Shown here one piece after another: positions 48,501 through 57,515 of a stretch of 64,000 nt of DNA. Each line of letters begins with the position of its first letter. The stretch's first letter is position 1. The DNA comes from an uncultured Solirubrobacterales bacterium (GTDB taxonomy: Bacteria; Actinomycetota; Thermoleophilia; Solirubrobacterales; Solirubrobacteraceae): assembly GCA_963696615.1 (NCBI GenBank), contig CAVOKU010000003.1, forward strand, positions 537,552-601,551, in the 5' to 3' direction. Under the pieces are notes generated by a model, which saw nothing but the letters and a program-made list of their open reading frames with translations, did not search any database and was not told the origin of the DNA. The position numbers and the translations under genes were made by a program.

Positions 48501-49040
48501 CACCGCGAACTGTCCGCGGTCCTCGACCTGGTCGACGCGCTCGTAACCGGCTGCGATCAGCTCGGTGGCGCACTCTTCCAGGTCCAGCAGCTCCCCCCGA
48601 CGCAGGGTGAAGGAGCGAGGGCGAAGCTGCGGGTCGGGAACCTTCTCGGACAGCGCCACCGCGCTGACCACGACGACCGGCGGCTCCTCGTCGGAGTCGG
48701 TGGTGGTCGCCAGCAGCGCGTCCAGTGCCGCCACCCGCAGGCCCACCAGGTGCGCCGGCGGAGCGAGGTGAGACTCGTAGGCGACGCCCCTGGACGGGTA
48801 GTAGCGCACCCGCCGCGGAGCCAGCCAGGCGCGCAGGTCGCTCGCCAGGTCCCGAGCGGCGCGATCGTCGCCCACCACCACCAGGGTCGGCCGCACGCCC
48901 GCCGCGGAGCCGCGGTCGGTCAGCGCCGCGACCATGTAGGGGCGCAGCGAGGCCGACACGAACGCCCGACCGCCGTCGCGGGCGAGACCGCTGGCGGCGG
49001 GATCGTTCTCGATCAGCCCGAGCAGCGAGCGCAGCGACAT
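45558..49040 (-). CDS. mfd: Transcription-repair coupling factor
   Basis: VVHEDHGV (CarD-like), CGDVGYGKTEVA, DEEQRFG, LYQIRGRVGR and TRCF domain; ATG 49040. Confidence 0.97.
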   Translation of the reverse strand: MSLRSLLGLIENDPAASGLARDGGRAFVSASLRPYMVAALTDRGSAAGVRPTLVVVGDDRAARDLASDLRAWLAPRRVRYYPSRGVAYESHLAPPAHLVGLRVAALDALLATTTDSDEEPPVVVVSAVALSEKVPDPQLRPRSFTLRRGELLDLEECATELIAAGYERVDQVEDRGQFAVRGGLLDVFPATEDHAVRVDMFDIEIESLRWFSTFTQRSLGDVEQVEIAPAAELALEHRELAELAALDLGSTREDPPRSHDRAAGQDRARRERPDIAELLPVERFGALLDLVGDATELLVAAEEELAPALGDHWSDVTAAFADADADHLYVSPQEIESALADRARIWLSSLASDQAIELRAQAADTAARSLAEAEPELEKLVRSGYRTIVTFPRRGEGERTAYNLGRLKAGWLGEDLDAGAVPLESSLRFAEASLREGFIAPQLGLAVFPEHRLLRRRRTQRGGGADAPAGADRRSARLRRGALRSFSDLRTGDIVVHEDHGVARFAGFETRTVASVTRDYLYLEYQGDDRVYVPTEQLAKISRYLGAGAEHPPLSKLGGTRWETMKSRARRAAQELAGELLSLYAERRRRAGHAFEPDSDWQREFEARFPFNETADQLEAIELVKADMEAPRPMDRLICGDVGYGKTEVALRAAFKAAGEGKQVLMLAPTTILAQQHYGTFAERLADYPINVDHVSRFRSQAEQREAIAGFAQGRVDILIGTHRVLSRDVRAKDLGLLVVDEEQRFGVKQKELLRQLKLRVDVISMSATPIPRTLQMSLAGLREISVIETPPEGRKPVRTYVGEYEEELVKRAIMREHERDGQAFFLHNRVESIDETAERLRALCPAVRFAVAHGQMAEGELEAVMMDYLRGGSDVLVCTSIIESGIDIPQANTLLVEHADSFGLSQLYQIRGRVGRSRERAFAYLLYDSAAALTPDAAQRLAALSDYTELGAGFKIAMRDLELRGAGNLLGDEQSGHVAALGFELYMQMLDEAVAAAETRAGEDGAGEAELPEPVRLDVNVDAYVPADYVPYEQAKIEIHRRIAGALEVAEVQRLAEDLEDRFGPVPEPLSNLLALQRARIKFGQAGASAVSFRGDRLAVTPIELDAARARRLREQLPEALYESGRSQVSVRVPREGPARFPTVVKAADVLLSLAREAA

Positions 49041-49666
49041 CAGAGGGCCTCTTCGCCGAGGACGATTCGCTGCACCTCGTCGGCGGCGGCGCTCACCAGC
49101 TGGCGCACGTCGGAGCGATCCTCGCGAAAGCGCCCGAGCACGTGGGCGGAGACGATCTCCGGGTCGCTCGAGGAGGGTCTTCCGACGCCGACGCGCACCC
49201 GCGCGAAGTCGGCGCCTCCCAACTCGCGCTTGAGCGACTTCAGCCCGTTGTGGCCCGCCAGCCCACCGCCGAGGCGGGTGCGAATCTCCCCGAAGGGCAG
49301 GTCGATCTCGTCGTGCACCACCAGCACGCGCTCGAGCGCCAGCTTCAGCGCACCCCGGGCGGGGCCGACCGAGCGCCCGGCGTCGTTCATGTACGTCTGC
49401 GGCCACAGCACCGCCACGCGGGGGCCCCGGACGAGCGGGTCAGACGCCGCGGAGCGATCCTCGGCTCGACCCTCCGCGAGCCTGCCGCGAAAGCGCACAC
49501 GGGGCCTGCCCAGATGCCAGCGCTCGGCGAGCTCGTCGGCCACCATGAAGCCGACGTTGTGGCGCGTATCGGCGTGCTCGTGGCCGGGATTGCCGAGCCC
49601 CACGATCAGCCACTCGGCGGCCGCGCCCGCGCCGCCTGCCTGACCGCGACGAAACGGCCGCCGCAG
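49040..49666 (-). CDS. pth: Peptidyl-tRNA hydrolase (probable CTG start; first canonical start is GTG 49603)
   Basis: LIVGLGNPG, TRHNVGF, PQTYMNDAG, VVHDEID and GHNGLKS motifs. Confidence 0.95.
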   Translation of the reverse strand: MRRPFRRGQAGGAGAAAEWLIVGLGNPGHEHADTRHNVGFMVADELAERWHLGRPRVRFRGRLAEGRAEDRSAASDPLVRGPRVAVLWPQTYMNDAGRSVGPARGALKLALERVLVVHDEIDLPFGEIRTRLGGGLAGHNGLKSLKRELGGADFARVRVGVGRPSSSDPEIVSAHVLGRFREDRSDVRQLVSAAADEVQRIVLGEEAL

Positions 49667-49672
49667 TGGGAG

Positions 49673-50356
49673 CTACTCCCCGCCCGAGCCCTCGGAAGGG
49701 GAGCCCTCGCCGTCCTGGGCCTGCTCGGCGTCCTCGCCCTCGCCCTCACCGACGAGCTCGGTCTCGGACTCGATCTCCTCCTCGGCCTCCGTCTGCAGGC
49801 GCGGCGGCGAGAGGGTCGCGATGACCGTGTCGCTCTCGTCGAGCAGCGTCACGCCCTCGGGGGCCGCCACCACCGACAGGGTGAGCGTGTCGCCGATCTG
49901 CATCTCGCCGATCTCGTACGCGATCGACTCGGGGATCGCGGTGGGCAGTGCCTCGACGTTCAGCTCGCGCACGATCTGCTCGAGCACGCCGCCTTCCTTG
50001 ACCCCCGGCGCCTCCTCGATGCCCGTCAGCTCGAGCGGGACCACGGCGTGGATCGCCTCGTCGAGGCGCACCCGCAGCAGGTCCACGTGGACCGTCTCGC
50101 CCCGAACCGGGTCGCGCTGGGCCTCCTTGAGGACGACCGGCGTCGCCTTGCCGCCGTCGACGCTGAGGTCCAGCACGGCTCCCGACCCCGCCAGCGCCAG
50201 GCGCAGCTCGCGAGCATCGGCGTCGAAGCTGACCGACTCGCCGCCGCCTCCATACAGCACGCCGGGCACGCGCCCGCCGCGGCGCAGGCGCCGCGCCTCG
50301 CGCGAGCCTCCCGCGGTGCGGGTCTTGACCTGGAGCTTGGTTGCGGCGTCTGCCAT
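49673..50356 (-). CDS. rplY: 50S ribosomal protein L25/Ctc
   Basis: RRLRRGGRVPGVLYG, HVDLLRV and GVKEGG motifs. Confidence 0.96.
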   Translation of the reverse strand: MADAATKLQVKTRTAGGSREARRLRRGGRVPGVLYGGGGESVSFDADARELRLALAGSGAVLDLSVDGGKATPVVLKEAQRDPVRGETVHVDLLRVRLDEAIHAVVPLELTGIEEAPGVKEGGVLEQIVRELNVEALPTAIPESIAYEIGEMQIGDTLTLSVVAAPEGVTLLDESDTVIATLSPPRLQTEAEEEIESETELVGEGEGEDAEQAQDGEGSPSEGSGGE

Positions 50357-50370
50357 CGCGGCGGAAGACT

Positions 50371-50890
50371 CTAGCAATCCGCTTCGCCCGCGATCGGCGC
50401 GCTCAGCGACTGCAGCTGCACATCGATGCCCTTGAGGAAGTTTCCGCTGCGACGAACGGCCACGCACTGGACCACCGGCAGCGTGCCGATCACGATCCAC
50501 GCGACGCGCGTCGTGCCGGTCGCCGTCGTGAGCGCGTAGGCGGTCGGTGATTTGATCGAGAGGATCTTCACGGGACCGGGTCGGCGCAGCTTTGCAGCGC
50601 TCGCGCGCACCGTGGCCGCGCAGGAGGGTCTCGTGCGGCAGCTGTGCAGCAGCGCCAGCTCGCGCGCCCAGTCTCCCCTTGCCTGGGCCTGCAGCACGGC
50701 GAGGATGTCGTCGCGTTCGGCATTCTCGGCGGACAGGTATCGCGCCAGCAGGCCGCCGATCACGACCAGCGCCACCAGCGTGCCGACCACGCTGAGAACA
50801 CGCGTGCGTCGCGGCAGCGCCCGCCACCACAGCCGCGGGCTGCGTTCGGGGGGCGATACCTGGGGAGACGGTCGGGAGGGGATGACGCTC
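50371..50890 (-). CDS. Hypothetical single-pass membrane protein, start unresolved
   Basis: RLWWRALPRRTRVLSVVGTLVALVVIGG TM helix and a periplasm-like domain with four Cys; sits between prs and rplY. Confidence 0.6.
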
Positions 50891-50918
50891 GCGAGGTTCG
50901 GCGATGGTGCGCCGGCGC

Positions 50919-51950
50919 CTAGAACAGCTGGTTCTCGCCGCCGAAGACTTCGCTGACGGAGTCGTCCACGAAGATCCGCCGGATCGAGTCGGTCAGCAGC
51001 TCCGCGCACGGCAGCACCCGCACGTTGGCGGGGCGGTCCGGTCCGATCGGGATCGTGTCCGTGACAACGATCTCCTCCAGGCCGGAGTCTTTGAGGTTCT
51101 CATACGCATTGCCCGAGAAGACCGCATGGGTGGCGGCCGCATACACCCGCGCGGCGCCCTCGTCGAGCACGGTGCGGGCGGCCGCCTTGAGCGTGCCGGC
51201 GGTGTCGATCATGTCGTCGACGATCACGGCGGTCTTGCCCCGCACATCGCCGATCACGTAGCCGATCTCCGCGACCTGCTGGGCCGGGCGCTCCTTGTCG
51301 AGGATCGCCAGCTCCGCGCCGATCTTGGAGGCGAACTTCTTGTTCAGCTTGACCCTGCCCGCGTCCGGGGCGACCACGACGAGATCCGACAGGCCGAGGT
51401 CGGTGAAGTACTGGGTCAGCATGAACAGCGCGGTCATGTGGTCGACGGGCTTCTGGAAGAAGCCCTGGATCTGTCCGGCGTGGAGGTCCATCGTCAGCAC
51501 CCTGTCCGCCCCGGCTGCCTCCAGCATCCGCGCCACCATGCGAGCGGAGATCGGCTCACGGGGCGCGGACTTCTTGTCCTGCCGGGAGTAGCCGAACCAG
51601 GGCGTCACGGCGATCACACGGTGCGCGGATGCACCGACGGCCGCGTCGATCATGAACAGCAGCTCCATCAGCGAGTCGTTCGCGGTGACACCGGTCTGGG
51701 GATTGCCGCAGGTGGACTGCACGATGAACACGTCCGCGCCCCTGATCGACTCCTCGTAGCGGCAGTACACCTCGCCGTTGGAGAACGTCTTCAGCTTGAC
51801 CGGACCGATCTCCACACCCAGCTTCACGGCGATGTCGCGCGCCAGCTGCGGGTTCGCGCGGCCGCTGAACAGCATCAGCCGCTTGTTGTAGTCGATCGGC
51901 AGGCTCGTCTGCGCGGCCTGTTGCGCGCGGGTATCCGTCGCGCTGCTCAT
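50919..51950 (-). CDS. prs: Ribose-phosphate pyrophosphokinase
   Basis: FSNGE, YSRQDKK, DLHAGQIQGFF and VDDMIDTAGT motifs. Confidence 0.98.
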   Translation of the reverse strand: MSSATDTRAQQAAQTSLPIDYNKRLMLFSGRANPQLARDIAVKLGVEIGPVKLKTFSNGEVYCRYEESIRGADVFIVQSTCGNPQTGVTANDSLMELLFMIDAAVGASAHRVIAVTPWFGYSRQDKKSAPREPISARMVARMLEAAGADRVLTMDLHAGQIQGFFQKPVDHMTALFMLTQYFTDLGLSDLVVVAPDAGRVKLNKKFASKIGAELAILDKERPAQQVAEIGYVIGDVRGKTAVIVDDMIDTAGTLKAAARTVLDEGAARVYAAATHAVFSGNAYENLKDSGLEEIVVTDTIPIGPDRPANVRVLPCAELLTDSIRRIFVDDSVSEVFGGENQLF

Positions 51951-52023
51951 CTCGTCTCGCAGTGTAAACGGCGATCGCGATGGGCCCGCCGCCGATCTGC
52001 GCGCGCCCCGGCCGCGGACAGCC

Positions 52024-53397
52024 TCACGACTCGGTCTCCGCGGCTCCGGGCTCGCCGGACTGCTGCTCGAGCCGCTCGGCGTAGCCCTCGACGTTGCGTT
52101 GTCTGGCCCGTGCCACCGCGAGCGCGCCCTCGGGGACGTCCTCGGTCACGACCGACCCCGCGGCGGTGTACGCCCCGTCCCCAACCGTCACCGGCGCGAC
52201 GAACGAGGTGTCCACGCCGCCGTGCACGTGACTGCCGATCGTGGTGCGGTGCTTGGCCCGGCCGTCGTAGTTGGCCGTGATCGTGCCCGCGCCGAGATTG
52301 GTCCGCTCGCCCACGTCGGCGTCGCCCACGTAGGAGAGGTGCGGCACTTTGCTCGCCTCGCCGATATCCGAGTTCTTGACCTCGACGAAGGTGCCCACCT
52401 TCGCGCCGGCGCGCAGCACCGAGCCGGGACGCAGGTAGGCGAACGGCCCGACGGTGGCGCCGTCCTCGAGCACGCAGTCGATCAGATATGAGTGCCGGAC
52501 CAGACATCGCTCGCCGATCCTGGTCGAGCCCTTGATCGTGGTGAACGGCTCGATCGTGGTGTCCTGGCCGATCTCCACGTCGGCGTCGATCACGGTTGCG
52601 GCAGGATCGACGATGGACACGCCCGCGGCCATGTGGCGGGCGTGGATCGCCGCCTGGGCGAGCTCCCGCACACCGGCCAGCGCCGCACGGTCGTTCACAC
52701 CGAGCACCAGACGGCGGTCCGCCACGGGGTGGGCGAGCACCTCGCCGCCGCCGTCGAGGATCAGCTCGAGCGTCTGGGGCAGGTAGAGCTCTCCCTGGGC
52801 GTTGTCGCTGCCCAGCCGTCCGAGCACAGCTCGCAGGGTGTCCTGGGCGAACACGTAGATACCCGTGTTCACCTCCGGTATCTGAAGCTCCTCGGGCGTG
52901 GCATCCCCCCGGGACTTGGACTCGACCACGCGCCTGAAGGCGCCGCCCGCGTCGCGAACGATTCGCCCGTAGCCGGTTGCGTCTTCCAGCACCGTGGTGG
53001 CCATCGTGGCCTGGGCGCCGCTGCGTTCGTGCGCCCGCACGAGCTCGGCGATCGCCTCGGCGCTGACCAGCGGCACGTCGCCGCTGAGCACGAGCACCGG
53101 CGCGGTTCGGTCCGCCCCCTCGGCGTCGAGCTGGGCGATCGCCGCGATCACCGCGCCGCCGGTGCCGTCCGGCCGGGGCTGCACGGCCAGCCCCACCTCC
53201 TGCGGCAGCACGCCGGCAAGCGCCCGCTCGGGGGAATCGACCACCACCACCCGGCCGACGCCGGCAGCGAGGGCCGCGCGCACCGGCCACAGCACCATCG
53301 GCAGGCCGCACAGCTCGTGCAGGCCCTTCGGCGTGCGCGAGCGCATGCGCGTGCCCTTCCCCGCGGCGAGGATCAGGACCGTCGGAGCCGCCGTCAC
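52024..53397 (-). CDS. glmU: Bifunctional UDP-GlcNAc pyrophosphorylase/glucosamine-1-P acetyltransferase
   Basis: LAAGKGTRM, hexapeptide repeats, PHLSYVGDA and NYDGRAK motifs. Confidence 0.97.
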   Translation of the reverse strand: MTAAPTVLILAAGKGTRMRSRTPKGLHELCGLPMVLWPVRAALAAGVGRVVVVDSPERALAGVLPQEVGLAVQPRPDGTGGAVIAAIAQLDAEGADRTAPVLVLSGDVPLVSAEAIAELVRAHERSGAQATMATTVLEDATGYGRIVRDAGGAFRRVVESKSRGDATPEELQIPEVNTGIYVFAQDTLRAVLGRLGSDNAQGELYLPQTLELILDGGGEVLAHPVADRRLVLGVNDRAALAGVRELAQAAIHARHMAAGVSIVDPAATVIDADVEIGQDTTIEPFTTIKGSTRIGERCLVRHSYLIDCVLEDGATVGPFAYLRPGSVLRAGAKVGTFVEVKNSDIGEASKVPHLSYVGDADVGERTNLGAGTITANYDGRAKHRTTIGSHVHGGVDTSFVAPVTVGDGAYTAAGSVVTEDVPEGALAVARARQRNVEGYAERLEQQSGEPGAAETES

Positions 53398-53420
53398 TCC
53401 GAAGATGCTAACGCCGAAGG

Positions 53421-53491
53421 CTGGGGGGCAGGGATTCGAACCCCGATTCCCAGGACCAAAACCTGGTGTCCTGCCATTGGACGACCCCCCA
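53421..53491 (-). tRNA. tRNA-Gln (TTG)
   Basis: TGGGGGGTCGTCCAATGGCAGGACACCAGGTTTTGGTCCTGGGAATCGGGGTTCGAATCCCTGCCCCCCAG; U1-A72 pair; upstream of glmU. Confidence 0.96.
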
Positions 53492-53622
53492 ACGGGGCGC
53501 TACATCCTCGCACGCAACCCGACCGTCACGGGGCAATCGATACTCCGGCCGCACCCGCGACGTCGAGCCGCATTGCGAGGGCCTTCGGTTGCATATCGAC
53601 ACACGCCTCGGCGTCTGCAAGT

Positions 53623-54237
53623 ATGCGTGCGCTCTTGCAGGCAAAGAAGCTGAGAAGCCAGGTGCGCATCGGCGCGGCGCTTGCAACCGCACTGCCGGCG
53701 CTCGCACTCGGCGCGAACCCGTCCGTCGCCGGTGCCGGCGGTTCGACCCGTGCCCGCACGCCCTCGGGGCCGTGCGCGGGCGAAGGCCTGCGTCCCAACC
53801 GCGCGAACGCCGCGAGGGCCGACGCGGCCACGCTCTGCCTGATCAACGTGATCCGCCGCGCAAACCATCTCGGCTCACTGAGGGCGAACCCCCAGCTGCA
53901 GGCGGTGGCGACGGCGCAGGTGAAGGACATGGTCCGCCTGGATTACTTCGCCGACATCCGCCCCTCCGGGATCACCCCCGCGACGCTGGTCGCCGCCACC
54001 CCCTACGGCCGGCACGCGCGGAGCCTCGCGGTCGGGGAGAACATCGGCTGGGGCACCGGCCGCGCCTCGACGCCGGCGCGCATGGTGCAGGGGTGGATGG
54101 AATCGCCCCCCCATCGCGAACTGCTGCTCACCGCCGAATACCGCGACGCCGGCGTCGGCACCCTGGGTGCAGCGCCTCCGCGGCTGGCCGAAGGCGAGGC
54201 CGGCGCCACCTACGCCCTCGAGCTGGCGCGACGGTAG
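53623..54237 (+). CDS. Secreted CAP/SCP-domain protein
   Basis: Signal peptide; CLINVIR, GENIGWG and WMESPPHRELLL motifs. Confidence 0.88.
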   Translation: MRALLQAKKLRSQVRIGAALATALPALALGANPSVAGAGGSTRARTPSGPCAGEGLRPNRANAARADAATLCLINVIRRANHLGSLRANPQLQAVATAQVKDMVRLDYFADIRPSGITPATLVAATPYGRHARSLAVGENIGWGTGRASTPARMVQGWMESPPHRELLLTAEYRDAGVGTLGAAPPRLAEGEAGATYALELARR

Positions 54238-54244
54238 CGAGTCC

Positions 54245-55465
54245 TCAGCCGCGCCGCCCGGAACGCCCCGGCACGCGCCCGCCTTCGGCGCCTGCCTCCG
54301 AGGCGGGGCCTCCGGCTGCGGAGATGCCGAGCACCCGCATCGACTTCAGGCCGAGGCTGAGCTTCTCGCGGCCGTCGCTGGAGCTGACGTCGAGCCCGGA
54401 GAGCTCGCGCACCCGCTCGAGGCGGTAGTAGATCGTGTGGCGGTGGGTGAACAGTCGCTGCGCGGTGCCGGCCACGTTGCCGTCAGCCTCCAGGAACGTC
54501 GCCAACGTGCGCACCAGCTCGGTCTCGTACTGCTCGTCGTAGGCGACGAGCGGCTCGACCGTCTCCTCGTAGAAGCGCTGCAGCTCGGCCGGGTTCTCGC
54601 TCATCGCGCTCAGCAGCAGCCGGTAGGCGCCGGTCTGCTCGAACGCCAGGGCGACGCCGTCGGCATCGCCCTCGGCGACGTTCGCCGCGAGCAGCGCCTC
54701 GCCGGCCGCCCGGGGCAGGTCGGCGGGGTCCTCGGCGATGCGGCTACGTCCCAGCGCGAACGTGTAGCCGGCGAGGCTCGCCTCCATCTCGCGCAACACC
54801 GCCTCGAACGCGCGGGCGGCCGCCGCCTCGTCCGCGCCGGGCACCAGCAGCACCACCTCGGCCCCCGTTGCGCTGGCACCCTCGCGCTCGGACAGGGCCG
54901 CGATCGAGCGCCCCACGGCAGCCCGGGCGCCGCGCTCGGCGACGGCGCGAACGCGGGCACGCCAGCCCTCGTCGGTCGGTGCCTGGGGATGGGCGCGGGC
55001 GACGATCACGCTGACGCCGTCGCCGAGCTCCAGCGACAGCTCGCGGGCACGCGCGAGCAGCTGCTCGCGCTCGGTCAGCTCACGCGAGAGGATCGCCCGC
55101 AGGAAGTCAGCCGCCGCCGACTCCGAGGCCCGCTCCGGGGCGCGTACACGCTCGACCTCCGAGGCGATCATCGTGACCAGCAGACGCTTCATCTGGGGCG
55201 TGGGCTCGCTGCGAGCGCGCATGTGCAGCGTCCCCACTGCGGTGTCGGCCACACGCAGGCTGATGCTGCTCACGCCGTCGGCCTGCGACAGCAGCGCCCG
55301 CTCCTCCGCGGGCGAGCGCGCCGCCACGGCGAGGGTCGCGCCCCAGGCGTCGGCCACCGCGAGGCTCGCGTCCAGCGCCTTGGCGGCGGCGCGCACCACC
55401 TCCGGCAGCCCGGCACCGGACTCGACCGCCTCGGTGACGGCTTCGAGTGCGGCGAGATCGGACAC
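54245..55465 (-). CDS. PucR/CdaR-family regulator
   Basis: GRSR...GAYRLL...LVRTL...GNVAGTAQRLFTHRHTIYYRLERV; GTG 55465. Confidence 0.92.
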   Translation of the reverse strand: MSDLAALEAVTEAVESGAGLPEVVRAAAKALDASLAVADAWGATLAVAARSPAEERALLSQADGVSSISLRVADTAVGTLHMRARSEPTPQMKRLLVTMIASEVERVRAPERASESAAADFLRAILSRELTEREQLLARARELSLELGDGVSVIVARAHPQAPTDEGWRARVRAVAERGARAAVGRSIAALSEREGASATGAEVVLLVPGADEAAAARAFEAVLREMEASLAGYTFALGRSRIAEDPADLPRAAGEALLAANVAEGDADGVALAFEQTGAYRLLLSAMSENPAELQRFYEETVEPLVAYDEQYETELVRTLATFLEADGNVAGTAQRLFTHRHTIYYRLERVRELSGLDVSSSDGREKLSLGLKSMRVLGISAAGGPASEAGAEGGRVPGRSGRRG

Positions 55466-55470
55466 GGCGG

Positions 55471-55683
55471 CTAGCCCCAGAAGTAGACGACGGCCAACGC
55501 CCCCGCCACACCGACGCCGACGAGCACGGCGAGCACGTACAGCGAGAGGATCCCAGCCGCGACCCGCTCCCACAAGCGCGAATAGCTGGTCCAGGCCGGC
55601 ACGAGGATCAGCCCGGTGTACAGCGCCAGTCCGAACACTCCCGCACAGACGGCCACCAGGTCGTTGACAGCTGTCTTGCTCAT
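55471..55683 (-). CDS. 70-aa two-TM membrane protein
   Basis: Two hydrophobic helices; CACAAT -10-like element 8 nt before the ATG. Confidence 0.75.
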   Translation of the reverse strand: MSKTAVNDLVAVCAGVFGLALYTGLILVPAWTSYSRLWERVAAGILSLYVLAVLVGVGVAGALAVVYFWG

Positions 55684-55710
55684 CGGAGGTGATTGTGACG
55701 CACCGAGATG

Positions 55711-56676
55711 TCACTCGCTCGCAGCCGCGGCGGCCGAGCCCACCGCGGCGGGGAGGCCGAACGCACCTCCGACCGGCTCACCGCAGACCGGCGCCGGGCG
55801 CAGGTGGGAGAGCTCGATCGCCGCACGCTTGGCCCTCGCGCGACCCTCCCCCCCCATGAACAGGCCGATCACGGTCGGGCCCGAGCCGCTCACGAAGGCG
55901 ACGTCGGCGCCCGCATCGCGTGCACGGCTCAGCGTCTGCTCGATCTGGGGACGGAGGGCGATCGCGGCGGCCTGCAGATCGTTGTGCATGAGGCCCGCCT
56001 GCCCGGGGACGGGCGCGCCCTGCTCGAGCGCACCGCGCATGCGGGCGGCGATCGCGGTCAGCTCCGCGGGCTTGCGCAGCCTCCCTTCCCGGTCGGCCTG
56101 CGCATAGACGGTTGCGGTGGAGAGCTCGCTCGCGGCGGGGAGCACCAGCACCCCGAAGGACGCACGTGGTGCGGCCAGCGCCCGCAGGCGCTCGCCGGCG
56201 CCGGTCGCCAGCCAGCGCCCGGGTTGCATCTGGGCGGGCACGTCGGCGCCCAGGCGGGCGGCGAGCTCGAGCAGCAGCTCACGCGAGCCCAGCCCGGACG
56301 CCGCCGCGGCCAGGCGCAGCGTGGCCGCCGCATCGGCGGAGCCACCGCCGAGGCCGGCAGCCACGGGAATCCGCTTGAGGATGTCAACGCGCAGCGCCCC
56401 GCCGTGCCAGCCGGTGGCGTCGCGAAACAGCGCCAACGCCCTGGCGGCGAGGTTCTCGGCGGGATCGCCTGGCACGCCGGGGCAGATCACGAGATCCGCG
56501 CCGGCGCGATCGGGCGAGGCCTGCAGCGTCAGCTCGTCGGCGAGTGAGATCGCCTGCATCACGCTCGCCAGCTCGTGGCGGCCGTCGTGCGGGCGGACCG
56601 GCCCGACGAACAGCCCGAGATTGATCTTCGCCGGCGCCAGTGCACGCAGGCGCCCGTGCTCGCGTGGCCCGCTCAT
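55711..56676 (-). CDS. ispE: 4-diphosphocytidyl-2-C-methyl-D-erythritol kinase
   Basis: APAKINLGL, KRIPVAAGLGGGSADAA, GADVP and SGSGPT motifs. Confidence 0.96.
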   Translation of the reverse strand: MSGPREHGRLRALAPAKINLGLFVGPVRPHDGRHELASVMQAISLADELTLQASPDRAGADLVICPGVPGDPAENLAARALALFRDATGWHGGALRVDILKRIPVAAGLGGGSADAAATLRLAAAASGLGSRELLLELAARLGADVPAQMQPGRWLATGAGERLRALAAPRASFGVLVLPAASELSTATVYAQADREGRLRKPAELTAIAARMRGALEQGAPVPGQAGLMHNDLQAAAIALRPQIEQTLSRARDAGADVAFVSGSGPTVIGLFMGGEGRARAKRAAIELSHLRPAPVCGEPVGGAFGLPAAVGSAAAAASE

Positions 56677-57515
56677 GTCCCGAGCAGACGCCCCAGCTCG
56701 CGAAACTCTTGCGGCGAGAGCCGCTCGGCGCGCACGTCCACCGGATGGCCGAGCTCGCTCAGGGCGTGTTGGATCTCCTCTCGCGAGAAGCCCCCGCCGT
56801 CGCGGGCGGACAGTCGCAACGAGCCGGCGAGCGTCTTGCGCCGGTGGGCGAACGCTCCCGCCACGAGGGCGCGCAGCGCCGGCGAGGGGGCGGCGGCGCG
56901 GCGGCGCATGCCCACCAGTGCCGAGTCGACGTTCGGCTCGGGGAAGAACACGGTGCGGGGGATCGTCCGCAGGACCCGCACATCGCACGCCAGCTGGGCG
57001 ATCACCGAGCTGACCCCGTACTCGCCGCCTCCCGGCGCCGCCGCGAGACGGACGCCCACCTCGCGCTGGACCATCGCGACCCAGCTGCCCACGCCCGGGA
57101 GCTCCTCGATCGTGCGCAGCAGCACCCCCGCGGCGATCCCGTAGGGGAGGTTCGCGACCACCTTGCTGGGCGCCGGACGCAGCCCCGCGAGATCGACCCG
57201 CATCGCGTCCCCCCAGTGGAGGCTCACGTTCTCGTGCGGGGCGGTGGCGTCGAGCAGCGCCTCGCGCAAGCGGGTGTCGAGCTCCACCACGTGCACGGCT
57301 CGAACCCGCTGTGCGAGGTACTCCGAGAGCACGCCCAGGCCGCCCCCGATCTCCAGCACGACGTCGGCGTCCGTCAGCTCGGCCGCGCGACCGATCACGC
57401 CGAGGATGTTGGAGTCCACGAGGAAGTTCTGGCCCAGCTCGCGATCGGGACGCACACCGAAGCGACGCATGCGTTGCAGGCTGGGCTGGCGCGGAGCGTC
57501 CACCGTGGCGCTCAT
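56673..57515 (-). CDS. rsmA: 16S rRNA dimethyladenosine transferase
   Basis: LGQNFL, EIGGGLG, VANLPY, MVQREV and HRRKTL motifs. Confidence 0.96.
   Translation of the reverse strand: MSATVDAPRQPSLQRMRRFGVRPDRELGQNFLVDSNILGVIGRAAELTDADVVLEIGGGLGVLSEYLAQRVRAVHVVELDTRLREALLDATAPHENVSLHWGDAMRVDLAGLRPAPSKVVANLPYGIAAGVLLRTIEELPGVGSWVAMVQREVGVRLAAAPGGGEYGVSSVIAQLACDVRVLRTIPRTVFFPEPNVDSALVGMRRRAAAPSPALRALVAGAFAHRRKTLAGSLRLSARDGGGFSREEIQHALSELGHPVDVRAERLSPQEFRELGRLLGT

Noticed and set aside
54245-55714. 489-aa PucR ORF as listed
   Set aside because: The N-terminal 83 aa overlap a separate 70-aa membrane gene; the real start is GTG 55465
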